From assembly GCF_009914755.1 (NCBI RefSeq), contig NC_060925.1: a stretch of DNA of 64,000 bases, one strand, 5' to 3'. Of the stretch, positions 1-12,062 are shown piece by piece. Source of the DNA: the human T2T-CHM13v2.0 reference genome, Homo sapiens. The notes below the pieces were generated by a model, which saw only the letters and a list, made by a program, of their open reading frames with translations, was not told the origin of the DNA and made no database searches. Position numbers and translations under genes: made by a program. Numbering within the stretch: position 1 is the first letter of the stretch; each line of letters opens with the position of its first letter.

Positions 1-864
1 GGAGTACACAATTGATGGCACGGAGGCAACAGACATCAGTTTGCAGGTAGACTAAACAATACTACTAACACACAACATTTGCTGTCTTTCTTCCCCCAAA
101 ATACAAGCTATAATCAATTTCATTGTCATTTCATGCTGATAGCATCTTTCAAGACACACAAAATTGTCACTCTTTCCTTCTTTTCACATGTACTAATAAC
201 AGAAGAACATTTAACTAGTATTTATTACTCATAAAGCATGGCTGAGGCATGTGGGGGAGGGATAAGGCATTTGCCAAACACTATACAGCTAATAAGAGTC
301 ACAGAGTCGAGATCAGAATCTGAATTTATAGATTCAGGACAAAACCTGGTTTGAAACAACCTGAACTACTTTTTCAGACTGAAAATGCACCTGCTAAATG
401 TTTTAAATCTTTCCATATTCAACCTGAGTTCTTAAAAACTAAAATAGTATCCAATATAGTAAAAGTAGCTTTAAGAAAGATCAAAAAGAGAAAAAATAAG
501 ATAAATGGTTCAAATAATAACAGACCTATTTTTCTGCTATATCTCAAAAACAAAATTAAAGCTATGCCTACTAGGCTCCAGTAAATTAGGTTTGTTAACA
601 GCACTGATTTAACAAACTTTATTAAACAAATAGCTGCATGTTAGGTTAAATCCATTGCTAGATCTTAGAGATCTAACAATATACAATAATCCCTACCCTC
701 AAAGAGATCACAATACTTCACATCAGACACCATTTTATAGGAGGACAAATGCTTTAAAATAATTCTTTAAATTTATTCAAGATAAGAAAACAGAATTCAG
801 AAGGTTTTGGGTATTGAAATGAAACTGCAATAAGGACCCTAAAAACATTAACAACCCAGTGAAA

Positions 865-883
865 TTACCACTAGGTGTCACTG
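865..883 (+). promoter_or_regulatory. Candidate CTCF site
   Basis: ttaCCACTAGGTGTCACtg matches the CCASYAGRKGGCRS core with one G>T substitution, in apparently non-repetitive sequence. Motif match only. Confidence 0.5.
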
Positions 884-1169
884 TGATACAAAGTTCTTAG
901 CTGCCTTTGGGCTCGCTTTCAAACCTTGTTGCATCTTCCTGGTAATAACGTGGAAAAGGTGCATAATCTGATTGAGCATCTCTTTGCATTGTATTATTTA
1001 TATGTATACAGCTACAGAAAAAATATTATTTATATAATTTCAGTAACACTGAAATGAGTTATATCTATAATAATTCTATTGCTGGTCACATAAACTTTAA
1101 TGAGTGTACATTTTTAAAATTTCCTGTGATGGATGAATTAATATATACACATATATTCATATACTCATT

Positions 1170-1560
1170 TATTGAGCCATTTGTTTCCTCAACAAGCACT
1201 ACTCTGTGCCAAACACTGTGCTAGAATAAAGAATCTAGAGAGGAATAAGACCTGCTCTCTAAGTGTGAGGAGTTAACATTCATAAGGAAAATCTGAAACA
1301 CAAAGGGTAAGATGTGTTAAAATCCATGTTTAAAGCATATACAAAATTTTATGGGATCATAGCGGATGATTCAACTTAACTGTATGTCCAGAAAGGTTAG
1401 GAAAGGCTTCATAGAAGAGGAAATATTTACATGGGATCTTGGAAGCTGTGTAGGAGTTTTCTGGAAAGCTAAAGCAAGAAAAGGTTTATCAAACAGAATA
1501 GAGGAAATACAGAGCCACTGAAAGGCACATGAGGAGATGCGTGTTTTAGAAAAATCACCA
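1170..1560. mobile_element. L2 fragment
   Basis: caagcactactctgtgccaaacactgtgctag...gaaaggcttcatagaagaggaaatattt, typical of a degenerate L2 3' region. Confidence 0.6.
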
Positions 1561-2892
1561 CAGGGCAACTATATAGAAAAGATGGACTAAAGGAAGAAAG
1601 AAACGAACATATGGAAATCAGGGGAATTATCTTAATTAATCAAAGAAATCCTTGAACTGTAACAAAGGGGGACGAAAAAAAAAGGAGAGATTCAGTCATA
1701 ATGTGATAGAATTCACAAAACTTTATTGACTAAGTGCAGTGAAGTCAGAAAAAAATTCTATCAAGTCTAAGTATTATCCTTAAGTATGCCTTCCCTAGTT
1801 ACACATACAAACATGCCAACAGGGAAAACAGAGAAAGTATATAACATGATTCTCTGCCTGCCATAATACTCATAAGGCAATAACTATAATCCAGAACAAA
1901 TAAAACTGGAACAGCTAGAAGAAGCAGGAGCAGGTAGATATCATATAATAACAATATCTGATTTAAAATTCATTTTGAGTCAAACTGTGTTTATAGTATG
2001 TCCATAACTATGAAGAATATGACTGGAAATATTTTAAAGCTTTATCACAGAAGTATATGAAAGAACTTCCAGGGATCACTTTTCGTAAACTTTTGGCTTT
2101 ATCATCCACTGTAAAAGCTAACTTATGCTCAAGTATGATAGAGTAGGAACAGCCAAGCTGTCATTCGGTTTGAAAACAAATACAATTAAGACAGCTACAG
2201 ACACATTATAAATACAACTGGACTCAAAATGAATTTTAAACCAATATGTATCTACTCCTGCTTCTAGCTCTTCCAGTTTTATTTGTTCTGGATTATAGTT
2301 TTACCTTATTATGAATCATATGGCAGGCAGAGAATCATGTTATATGGTTTCTCTCTAATATATTTAAAGTGTAACATTAACATACATAATCCAGAGAAGC
2401 CAGCCATTTCTGATCACCACACTCGAAATAAGCAGAGGATTTTTTTTAGTTGAAAAAATACTTAATAGTCCATCAAAAAAAAGAACAAGGTTTTTCTGAA
2501 GTGATACACTATTCACTCACATGAAACAGACACATGCAACAAGATGGCAGTTAAAATTTATTTAATATATAATTGCATTCCAGTTTTCTTAAAACAAAAA
2601 AAAAAATCTGAGGTAATTTTAAGATTTAAAAGAAAAAGTGTGATGTGGCACTGAATTTGCCCCCTTGGATAATAGAAATATTTGTCATTAAACTAAGAAA
2701 GTAAAGGCTAAATCATATCCCTTTCAGTGGTTCCCAACTAATAAACCCGAGATGCCTTAGCAATACTACTAAAAATCCATACAAACAAGAAGCATCATCA
2801 ATTCTGACCAACTGATATTGTAAAGATAAATAACATTACTTTTAAAACGTCAACAGAGGAAGTTTGGTGATTTAAAAAAAAATATACAGAAT

Positions 2893-3350
2893 CAGCCAGG
2901 GTAAGTAGCTCATACCTCTAATCCTAGCACTTTGGGAGACTGAGGTGGGGGGATTGCTTGAGCCCAAGAGTTCAAGACCAGTCTGGGCACATAGTGAGAC
3001 CCCATCTACAAAAATGATAATAATAAAAAATAAAATAAATAATATAGGCTGTCAAGTTGGCTCACACCTGTAATCCCAGTCCTTTAGGAGGCCAAGGCAG
3101 GAGAATCACATGAGGCCAGGAGTTCAAGAACAGCCTGGGCAACAAAATGAGACCCCATTTCTTCAAAAAGTGAAAAAAAAAAAAATTTGCCAAACATGGT
3201 GGCGTGCGCCTGTAGTCCCAGCACTCGGGAAGCTGAGGTGGGTGGGAGGATCACTTGAGCCTAGGAGTTCAAGCTCAACAGTGAGCTATGGTCATATCAC
3301 TGCATTCCAACCTGGGTGACACAGCAAGACTCTGTCACTTAAGAGAAAAA
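2893..3350 (+). mobile_element. Alu monomer (FLAM-like) followed by AluJ-like dimer
   Basis: Alu motifs taatcctagcactttgggag, ttcaagaccagtctgggc and cctgtagtcccagc, with A-rich tails. Confidence 0.9.
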
Positions 3351-3699
3351 AATCATTTCAAGTCACATGAATTCAAAAATGCCATAGTGAATTTGTAACT
3401 GCATTTCATTATTATATATTTCCTAAGTCAACACTATAAAAATATTTTTTCAAGGGGACCTTAAACTGGAAAAAAATGAAAAAACACAGATACGGTAAAC
3501 TATACCAGAGGTATCCTCAATGCAGCTAAGAAAATTTGATAAGTTTGGACAATCAATCTGAAATAAGAATGCAGATGGCTACCAAGTTAGAAAAAAGATT
3601 TCCAGCCTGTTATGAGGGCTAAATTCAAAATGAACTTTGGAACCTGAATTCATTTTAAGAAAAAAAAAAAAAAAGGAAATTCAGAAAGGATCAGGAATA

Positions 3700-4275
3700 T
3701 GACTAAAATTGAAAAGATTAACCAGATTAAGTGATGGCAAGGATAGGGAGTAACTGGAACCCTGTTCTACTGGTGGAAGTAAATTGGTTCGACCATTTTA
3801 TAAAAATGTTTTGCTACACCTGCTAACTCTAAACAAACATATATCTTCACGCTATGATTCAGCAGCTCCACTTGAAGGTCAAAAGAAGAATGTTTATGTA
3901 TGCCAAAAACATGTACAAGAATGTTCACAGCAGCTTGGTAACGCTAGAAAGAACCCAAATATCTATCACCAGTAGAATGGGTAATTTATGGTATTTTCAT
4001 ATAATAGAATTCTACATAGCAATTAGAATGAATGAATTATTGAATCTCAAAGACATAATATTGAGTGAAAGAAGTTAAACACAGTATACAATGTATGATT
4101 TCAATTATACGAAGGTCAAAATACACAAATGCAATCCAAGGTGACAAAGGTCAAAACAGTGGTTTCAGAGGGGAGATTAAATTGCTAGTAGGAGGAATGA
4201 GAGAGGCTTCTAACGTGCAATAAATATTCTCTATCTGGATCTGGGTGGTGGTGGTTCCAAGGGTATAAATTTAAT
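3700..4275 (+). mobile_element. Old L1 (L1ME-like) 3' fragment
   Basis: gatggcaaggatagggagtaactggaac ... aatctcaaagacataatattgagtgaaagaag. Confidence 0.75.
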
Positions 4276-4284
4276 ATTTACATA

Positions 4285-4650
4285 TAATTGACTCTTGAAT
4301 AATGGGGGTGGGGAGGTTAGGGTACCAATCCTTCCACACAGTCAAAAATCTAGGTATAGCTTTTGACTCTCCAAAAACTTACTAATAGCCTACTGTTGAC
4401 CAGAAACCTTACTGATAACATAAACCACTGATTAACAAATCTTTGGTACATTATGTGCATTATATATACATTTCCCACAATAAACTAGAGAAAAGAAAAT
4501 GTTATTAAGAAATCCAAAATATATTTACTATTCATTAAGTGAAAGTGGATCATCTTCCTCACTGTCTTCATGTTGAACAAACTGAAGAGAAGGAGGAAGG
4601 GGAGGGGTTGGTCTTGCTATCTCAGGGCTGGCAGAGACAGTAGAAAATTT
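4285..4650. mobile_element. Tigger2-family (MER28-like) fragment
   Basis: ttgactcttgaataatgggg, cagtcaaaaatc, tactaatagcctactgttgaccagaaaccttactgataacataaac. Confidence 0.75.
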
Positions 4651-4777
4651 GCTTGTGCCCAGGAGTTCAAGGCCACAGTAAACTAAGAGTGTGCCACTGC
4701 ACTTCAGCCTGAGTGACAGAGCAAGACCATCCCTTAAAAAAACAAAACACACAGACACACACACACACACACACACA
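4651..4777 (+). mobile_element. Partial Alu right arm ending in a (CA)n microsatellite
   Basis: cccaggagttcaaggccacagt...gccactgcacttcagcctgagtgacagagcaagacc, then A tail and CA repeat. Confidence 0.85.
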
Positions 4778-4779
4778 AA

Positions 4780-5450
4780 TAGAGCTTGCTGCATCGATTA
4801 ACTTCCTTTCATGAAAAGTTTTGCTGTAACATATGATGCTGTTTGATAGTATTTTACCCACACTAGAATTTCTTTTACAGTTGGAGTCAATTCTCTCAAA
4901 CCCTGCCACTGTTTTATCAATTAAGTTTATGTCACATTCTAAATCCTTTTTTTGTCATTTCAACCATGTTTATGCATAGCGTCTTCATCAGCAATAGATT
5001 ACATCTCAAGAAACCATTTTGTTTGCTCTTCCATCCAAGTTTTATGAGACTGCAGCAATTCAGTCACGTCTTCAGGCTCCTCTTCTAATTCTTTTGCTAT
5101 TTCTACCAGATCTGCAGTTACTTCCTCCACTAAAGTCCTGAACTCCTCAAAGTCATCCATGAAGGTTGAAATCAGCTTCTTCCAAACTCCTATTAATGTT
5201 GATATCTTGACCTCCTCCCATGAATCATGAGTGTTCTTCATGGTATCTTAGAATGGTGAGTCCTTTCCAGATGGTTTTCAATGTACTTTGCCAAAATCCA
5301 TCAGAAGAATCACTACATATGGCAGCTACAGCCTTATGAAATGTATTTCTTGAATAACAAGACTTGAAATTTGAAATTACTCCATGATCCATGGGCTGCA
5401 GAACTGATACTGTGTTAGCAGGCGGGAAGATACTATCAATCTCCCTGTAT
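4780..5450 (-). mobile_element. Tigger1 internal fragment (transposase C-terminal region)
   Basis: ORF 4999..5241(-) WEEVKISTLIGVWKKL...VEEVTADLVEIAKELE..PEDVTELLQSH and ORF 4667..4909(-) AGFERIDSN..R.SSVGK.LSNSI resemble the Tigger1 transposase. Confidence 0.9.
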
Positions 5451-5716
5451 ATATTGATATCTAAATATATATTTAGATATGAGATAAATATAGAAAATTA
5501 TATATAAAATACTCTATAAAATATGTAAATGAATACAAAATTTTAAAAAATATAATTTGTGACACCAATAACAAAAAAACGTTTGGGGGTGGAGGGAAGT
5601 AAAAGAGTATTTGTATGTGACTGAAGTTAGATTGTTACCAGCTTAAAATAGATTCATATAACTATAAGATGTCTTATGGAAACCATAGATAATACATTTT
5701 TTAAAAATTAGAAAAG

Positions 5717-5862
5717 AGCTGGGTGCAGTGGTGCACACCTGTCATCCCAGCTACTCAGGAGGCTAAGGCAGAAGGATCACTTGAACCAGGGAATTCAAGA
5801 CCAGCCTGGGCCGCTTAGTGAGAGCCTGTCTCTTAAAAAAAGAAAAAGAAAAAGAAAAAAAA
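5717..5862 (+). mobile_element. FLAM Alu monomer
   Basis: agctgggtgcagtggtgcacacctgtcatcccagctactcaggaggc...agaccagcctgggc, then A-rich tail. Confidence 0.85.
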
Positions 5863-5906
5863 GGAATCAAAGCATATCACTACAAGCACACATGCACAGA
5901 CAGACA

Positions 5907-5941
<35 letters not shown>

Positions 5942-6187
5942 GAAGTAAAAGAGGAAGTGTAGGGGGATCTACAAGACAGAAAACATATAAGAAAATGTTG
6001 ACAGTAAGTCCTTTCCTATCAGTAATTGCTTTAAATTTAAATGGATTAAACTTCCCAACCAAAAGACATAAAGTAGGTGAATGGATATAAAAACAAGACC
6101 CAATTATATGCTGATTACAATAGACTCACTTTAGATTTATGGACATGCAAAGTCTGAAAATGAAAAGATACAAAAAGATACCCCAAT

Positions 6188-7231
6188 GTATAGCTGGGGA
6201 ATTCATGTGGAGGTCAGAGTGGAAGCAGGTGTGAGAGGGTCCAGCAGAAGGAAATATAGCTGCCAAAGGGTTTTAGTCCATCACCAAGTTTGACCTGGCC
6301 TTAGCCATACCAGAAAGTGTGGTGAACTCTGCCTCATATAATGTGGATGCTGGGTACAGAGCTATCATCTTTGACCGATCCCATGGAGCACACAACACCG
6401 GTAGAGACAGGGACTCACTTTCTCATCCCCTGGGTACGGAAACCAATGATCTTTGACTTTCACTCTTGACCACACAACATGCCAATCATCACTGGTAGCA
6501 AAAATTTACAGAATGTCAGTGTAACTGCACATCCTCTTCCAGCCTGTCTCTAGCCAGCTTCCTCACATCTTCATCAGTATCAGAGAGGACTATGATGAGC
6601 ATGTGCTGCCACCTATCATCACAGAAATCCTCAAGTCAGTGGTGACTTGCTCTGATGCTGGAGAACAAATCACCCCGAGGGAGCTGGTCTCCACACAGGT
6701 GAGTGATGGACTTACGGAGTGAGCAGCCACCTTTGGGTTTATCCTGGATAACGTGTCCTTGATGCATCTTACCTTCAGGAGGAGTCACAGAAGTGGTGGA
6801 AGCCAAACACATGGCTCAGCAGGAAGCAGACAGGGCCAGAATTGTGGTGGAAAAGGCTGAGCAGCAGGAACAGGAGGTCATCATCTCTGCCAAGGGTGAC
6901 TCCAAGGCAGCTTAGCTGATTGCCAACTCACTGGCCACTGTGGGTGACAGCCTGATTGAACTGTGCAAGATGGAAGTCACAGAGGACATTGAGTACCAGC
7001 TCTCACACTCTCAGGACATCATTTACCTGCTGCCAGGGCAGTCAATACTCCTCCGGGTGCCCCGGTGAGGGTCTACCCTGCCTGCACCTCTTTGGCCAAC
7101 TAGGCCAGAGCCTCAGTGATTCTTACCACCACCTTCTTTCTGCCTCCACCCCAGAAATCACTGTGAAATTTCATGATTGGCTTAAAGTGAAGTAAATAAA
7201 AGTAAAATCACTTCAAAAAGAAAAAAAAAAA
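6188..7231 (+). pseudogene. PHB1P12: Processed pseudogene of prohibitin (PHB1); probably PHB1P12 (symbol from memory, unverified)
   Basis: PHB1 5'UTR (gaattcatgtggaggtcagagtggaagcaggtgtgagagggtccagcagaagg) and an intronless CDS remnant 6256-7068. Start codon is ATG>ATA, codon 7 is TAG (6274-6276), and there are further stops and frameshifts. AATAAA at 7195-7200, poly(A) from 7215, degenerate TSD aaaagataccccaat / aaaagatactccat. Confidence 0.93.
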
Positions 7232-7785
7232 GATACTCCATGGGAATGGTAATAAAAAGAAAGTAGGGGGTGTCATATTTATATCAAACGAAATAGAGTT
7301 TAAGTAAAAAACTGTCACAGGAGATAAAGAAAGACATTATATAATGATAAAATGGTCAATTCACCAGGAAGATATCCATAAATATATATGCATCCAATAC
7401 TGAAGTACCCAAATATATGAAGCAAACACTGACAAAACTGAAGGGAAAAACAGACACCAACATACTTATAGTGGGAGATTTCAACACCCCATTTTCAATA
7501 ATGAATAGAAATATCCAGACCAGATGATCAATATGGAAACTGAGGACTTGAACAATGCTATCAACCAAACAGATCTAACAGACATATACTGAACATCCAT
7601 TCTATCACAGCAGAATACACACTCTTCTCAAGTGCAGAGAATATTCTATGATATAGCACATATTACTCCATAAAAAAGTCTTAAACTTAAGATGACTGAA
7701 ATCATATTAAGTGTCCTTCGCAACCAAAATAAAATGAAGCAAAAACTAAACAATAACAGAAGGAAAACTGGAAAAGTCACAGATA

Positions 7786-8860
7786 CAGTCATGCTCCTCA
7801 TAACAATGTTTCCATCAACAATGACCACATATATTATACCAAGGTGGTCCTGAGCTGAATAACTCCTATCATCTAGTGACATCTTAGCCACTGTAACATT
7901 GTAGCACAATACATTATTCATAAATTTTTGGTGATGCTGGTATAAACAAACCTACTGCACTGCCAGTAATATAAAAGTATAGCACATAGAATCGTATATA
8001 GTACATAATACTTGATAATGATAATACATATGTTACTGGTTTATGTATTCACTATACTATACTTTTTATTGTTATTTTAAAGTATACACTTTCTTTTTGT
8101 TTTTTTTAAGTTAACGGTAAAACAGGCTCAGGCTAGTCCTTCAGGAAGTATTCTAAAGGTATCATTACCCATAGCAGATGACACCTCTATGTCTGTTACT
8201 GCCTCTGAAAACCTTCCAGTAGGACAAGATGTGGAAGTGGAAAACAGTGATATTGATGATCCTGACCCTGTGGTAGGCCTAGGTAATGTGTGTGTTCGTG
8301 TCTTAGTTTTTAACAGAAAAGTTTTAAAAGTTAAAAAATAATAATTAAAAAATTTCAAAACAAAAAAGCTTACAGAAAAAGGATATAAAGAAAAAAACAT
8401 TTGTACAACTGTACAATGTGTGTTCTCAGCAAGGTGTTATAAAAATGTCAAAAAATTTTTTATTTTTATTTTTTAAAGTAGAGACAAGGTCTCGTTATGT
8501 TACCCAGGCTGGTCTCAAATTCCTGAGCTCCAGCAATCCTCCCACCTAGGCCTCCCAAAATGCTGGGATTACTGGCATGAGCTACTGTGCCCATCCTCAA
8601 AAAGTTTTAAAAGTTTTAAAATTTATAAAGTAGAAAAGTTACAGTAAGCTAAGGTTAATTCTTATTAAAGAAATATATTTTTTAATAAATTTAGGGTAGC
8701 CTAGGAGTACAGTGCTTATAAAGTCTGCATCAATGTACAGTAATGTCCTAAGTCTTCACATTCACTCACTGCTCACTCATTGAGAGCAACTTCCAGTACT
8801 GCACACTCCATTCATAGTAAGCATCCCATTAAGGTGTTACTTTTTATACCATATTTTAAT
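7786..8860 (+). mobile_element. Tigger3 (Tigger3b-like) DNA transposon, right end lost; contains a minus-strand FLAM at ~8460-8597
   Basis: TA at 7784-7785 followed by the terminus cagtcatgctcctcataacaatgtttccatcaacaatgaccacat. Internal gtaggacaagatgtggaagtggaaaacagtgatattgatgatcctgaccctg. Confidence 0.85.
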
Positions 8861-9507
8861 ATACAGAAATAATAGGAAAAAAATCAACAATACTGAGTGT
8901 TTTTTTTAAAGATCAACCAAGTTCATCAACCTTTATCTAGAGTAAGAAAAAAACAGAAAAATTAAATTAAAAATAATTATAACAGACTACTATGAAAAAT
9001 CATATGCCAACAAATTAGATAACATAGAAGAAATGGATAAATTCCTAGAAACATACAACCTACCAAGACTGAATCGTGAAGAAACAGAAAATCTGAACAG
9101 ACATACAACTAGTCTGTTATAGAGAGTGAATCAGTAATCAAAAATCTCCCAACAAAGAAACATGCAGATGGTAACATTAGGGCATGTTACCGAACATTTA
9201 AAGAATTACTGCCAAGCCTTCTCACACTCTTCCGAAAAACTGAAGGAGGGAATACTTCCTAACTTCTTTCACGAGGCCAGCATTACATCAATACCAAAGC
9301 CAAAGAAGCTATCAGACGAAAAGAAAACTACAGTCCAATATCCCTGATAAATACAGATGCAAAGATCCTCAACAAAATATTAGCGAAACTAAATTCAACA
9401 GCACATTGAAAGTGAAACTAAATTCAACAGCACATTAAAAGGATTACACACCATGGCAAAGTGAGATTTATCCCTGGGATGAAAGGATTATTTAACATAA
9501 AAAAATC

Positions 9508-9808
9508 GGCCAGGCGCGGTGGTTCACGCCTGTAATCCCAGCACTCTGGGAGGCTGAGGTGGGCGGATCACTTGAGATCAGGAGTTTGAGAACAGCCTGG
9601 CCAACATGACGAAACCCCATCTCTACTAAAAATACAAAAATTAGCCAGGCATGGTGGCTGTGTGCCTGTAATCACAGCTACTGAGGGGGCCGAGGCATGA
9701 GAATCACTTGAACCTAGGAGGCGGAGGTTGCAGTGAACCAAGATCACACCACTGCACTCCAGCCTGGGTGACAGAGTGAGACTCCATCTCAAAAACAACA
9801 ACAACAAC
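9508..9808 (+). mobile_element. AluS
   Basis: Full dimer beginning ggccaggcgcggtggttcacgcc, (AAC)n tail, degenerate TSD aacataaaaaaatc / aacatatgaaaatc. Confidence 0.95.
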
Positions 9809-10991
9809 ATATGAAAATCAATCAATGTGATACACCACATTAAAAGCAAGAAGGATAAATGTCACACAATCATCTCAATAAACAAAAAGCTTTTGACAGA
9901 AGTCAACATATTTTCATAATACTGAACAAACTAGAAATAAAAGGAAATAACCTCTACATAATAAATGCCATATATGAAAGTCCCACAGCTAACATCATAT
10001 TCAAGGGTTAAGAACTAAAAGGTTTTCTTCTAACATCAGGAACAAGCTAGGATACCTTCTCACCACTTCTATTCAACGTAGTACTGGAAAGCCTAGATAG
10101 AACAATTAAGCAAGAAAAACAAAAGACATCCAAATTGGAAAGGAAGAAATACAACTATCTTTGTTTACAGACAACATGATATTATATGTAGAAAACACTA
10201 AGGATTCTACCAAAGAAAAAAAAAACTTAGAACTAATAAATAATACAAAATTCATCAATCTTTTATAAGATGCAAAATCAACACATAAAAATCAGCTGCA
10301 TTTCTATATACTAACACTGAACAATCTGAAAAGAAAATTAAGAAAACAGTCCCATTTACAATAGCTTCAAAAAGAATAAAATGCTTATGAATAAACTTAT
10401 CCAGAGACAAAAGACTTGTCCACTAAAAACTACAAAACATTGCTGAAAGAAATTAAAGACGACACTGGAAAAGCTTCCCATGGTCATGGACTGAAAAATT
10501 TAACATTGTTAAAATGTCCATACTATCCAAAGTGATCTGCAGATTCAATGCAATCTCTATCAAAAGCCCAATGGTATTTTTTGCAGAAATAAGGAAATAA
10601 TCCTAAATATCATAAGTAACCACAAGGAACTCCAAACACAATTGTGAGAAAGAAGAACAAAGCTGGAGGCCTCCTACTTCCTAACTCCAAAACATATTAC
10701 AAAGCTAGAGTAATTAGATCAGTTTGTTAGTGGCATAAAGACAGACACACCAACTAATAGAACAAAACTGAAATCCCAAAAATAAACCCACACGTATACA
10801 GTCAAATGATCTTTGACTAGAGTGCCAAGACCCCACAATGTGGAAAGGATAGTTTCTTCAAAAAATGGTACTGGGAAAACTGGATATCCACATGCAAAAG
10901 AACTTGGAACCTCATAACCTCATAACATACACAAACATCATCTCATGGTATTGTGTGAATTAAAGACATAAACATAAGACTTGAAACTATA

Positions 10992-11070
10992 CGAGCAAAG
11001 ACCTTGCTACTGTCCTCCAGCCTGGGTGACAGAGCAAGACCCTATCTCAAAAAAAAAAAAAAAAAAAAAA
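10992..11070 (+). mobile_element. Severely 5'-truncated Alu (57 nt plus poly-A)
   Basis: Perfect 16-bp TSD aagacttgaaactata at 10976-10991 and 11070-11085. Confidence 0.9.
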
Positions 11071-11761
11071 AGACTTGAAACTATAAAACTTGTAGAAGAA
11101 AGCAGAAGAGAGGAAATGCTTTATAACACTGATCTTGGCAATGGTTTTTTGGAAATGACTCCAAAAGCAGAGGCAATGAAAGAAAAAATAGACAAGTGGG
11201 ACTTTATCAAATTAAAAAGCTTCTGCACAGAAAAGTAAACAACAGAGTAAAAAGGCAACCTACAGAATGAGAGGAAACATGTGTGAACCATATATCTAAT
11301 AAGGGGTTAAAATACAAAATACAGAAAAACTTCTATAACTCAACAATAAAATATCAAATAACCCATTTAAAAAAATGGACAAAGGACTTGAATAGACATT
11401 TCTCCAAAAAAGACATACAAATGGCCAACAGGTATATGAAAAGATACTCAACATCACTAATCAGACAAATATAAATCAAACCCACAATGAGCTACCACTT
11501 CACATCTTTTAGGATGGCTACTATACAAAAAAAAAAGGAAAGAAAAGAAAAGGGAAAGAAAAGAGAAAAGAAAAACAGAAAATAATAAGTGTTAACAAAG
11601 TTGGGGTTGGAATGTAAAATGGTGTAGCTGCTATAGGAAACAGTATGGAAGTTCCTCAAAAAATTATAAATTAAACTACCATCTAATCCAGCAATCCCAC
11701 TTTTGAACATACTGCCAACAGAATTGAAAACAGGATTTCTATGAAATATCCACACTCCCAT

Positions 11762-12062
11762 GGCTGGGCACAGTGACTCATGCCTATAATCCCAACACTT
11801 TGGGAGTCTGAGGCAGGAGGATCACTTGAGCCCAAGAGTTCAAGACCAGCCTGGGAAAGAAAGTAAGTGAGACTCCTTCTCTACAAAGAAAAAAAAAAAA
11901 TTAGCCAGTCATGGTGGCACACGCCTATAGTCCTGCTACTCAGGAGGCCAAGGCAGGGGGACTGCTTGAGCCCAGAGTTTGAGGCTACAGTGAGCCGCGA
12001 TCACGCCACTGCACTCCAGCCTGGGTGACAGTGTGAGACCCTGTCTCAAAAAAAAAAAAAAA
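11762..12062 (+). mobile_element. AluJ
   Basis: Full dimer with ggatcacttgagcccaagagttcaagacc and poly-A. Confidence 0.95.

Noticed and set aside
654-680. 12-bp inverted repeat attgctagatct-tag-agatctaacaat
   Set aside because: One mismatch, no supporting context; plausible by chance in 64 kb of AT-rich DNA.
6256-7068. Functional PHB1 retrogene
   Set aside because: Start codon lost, TAG at codon 7, further stops and frameshifts.
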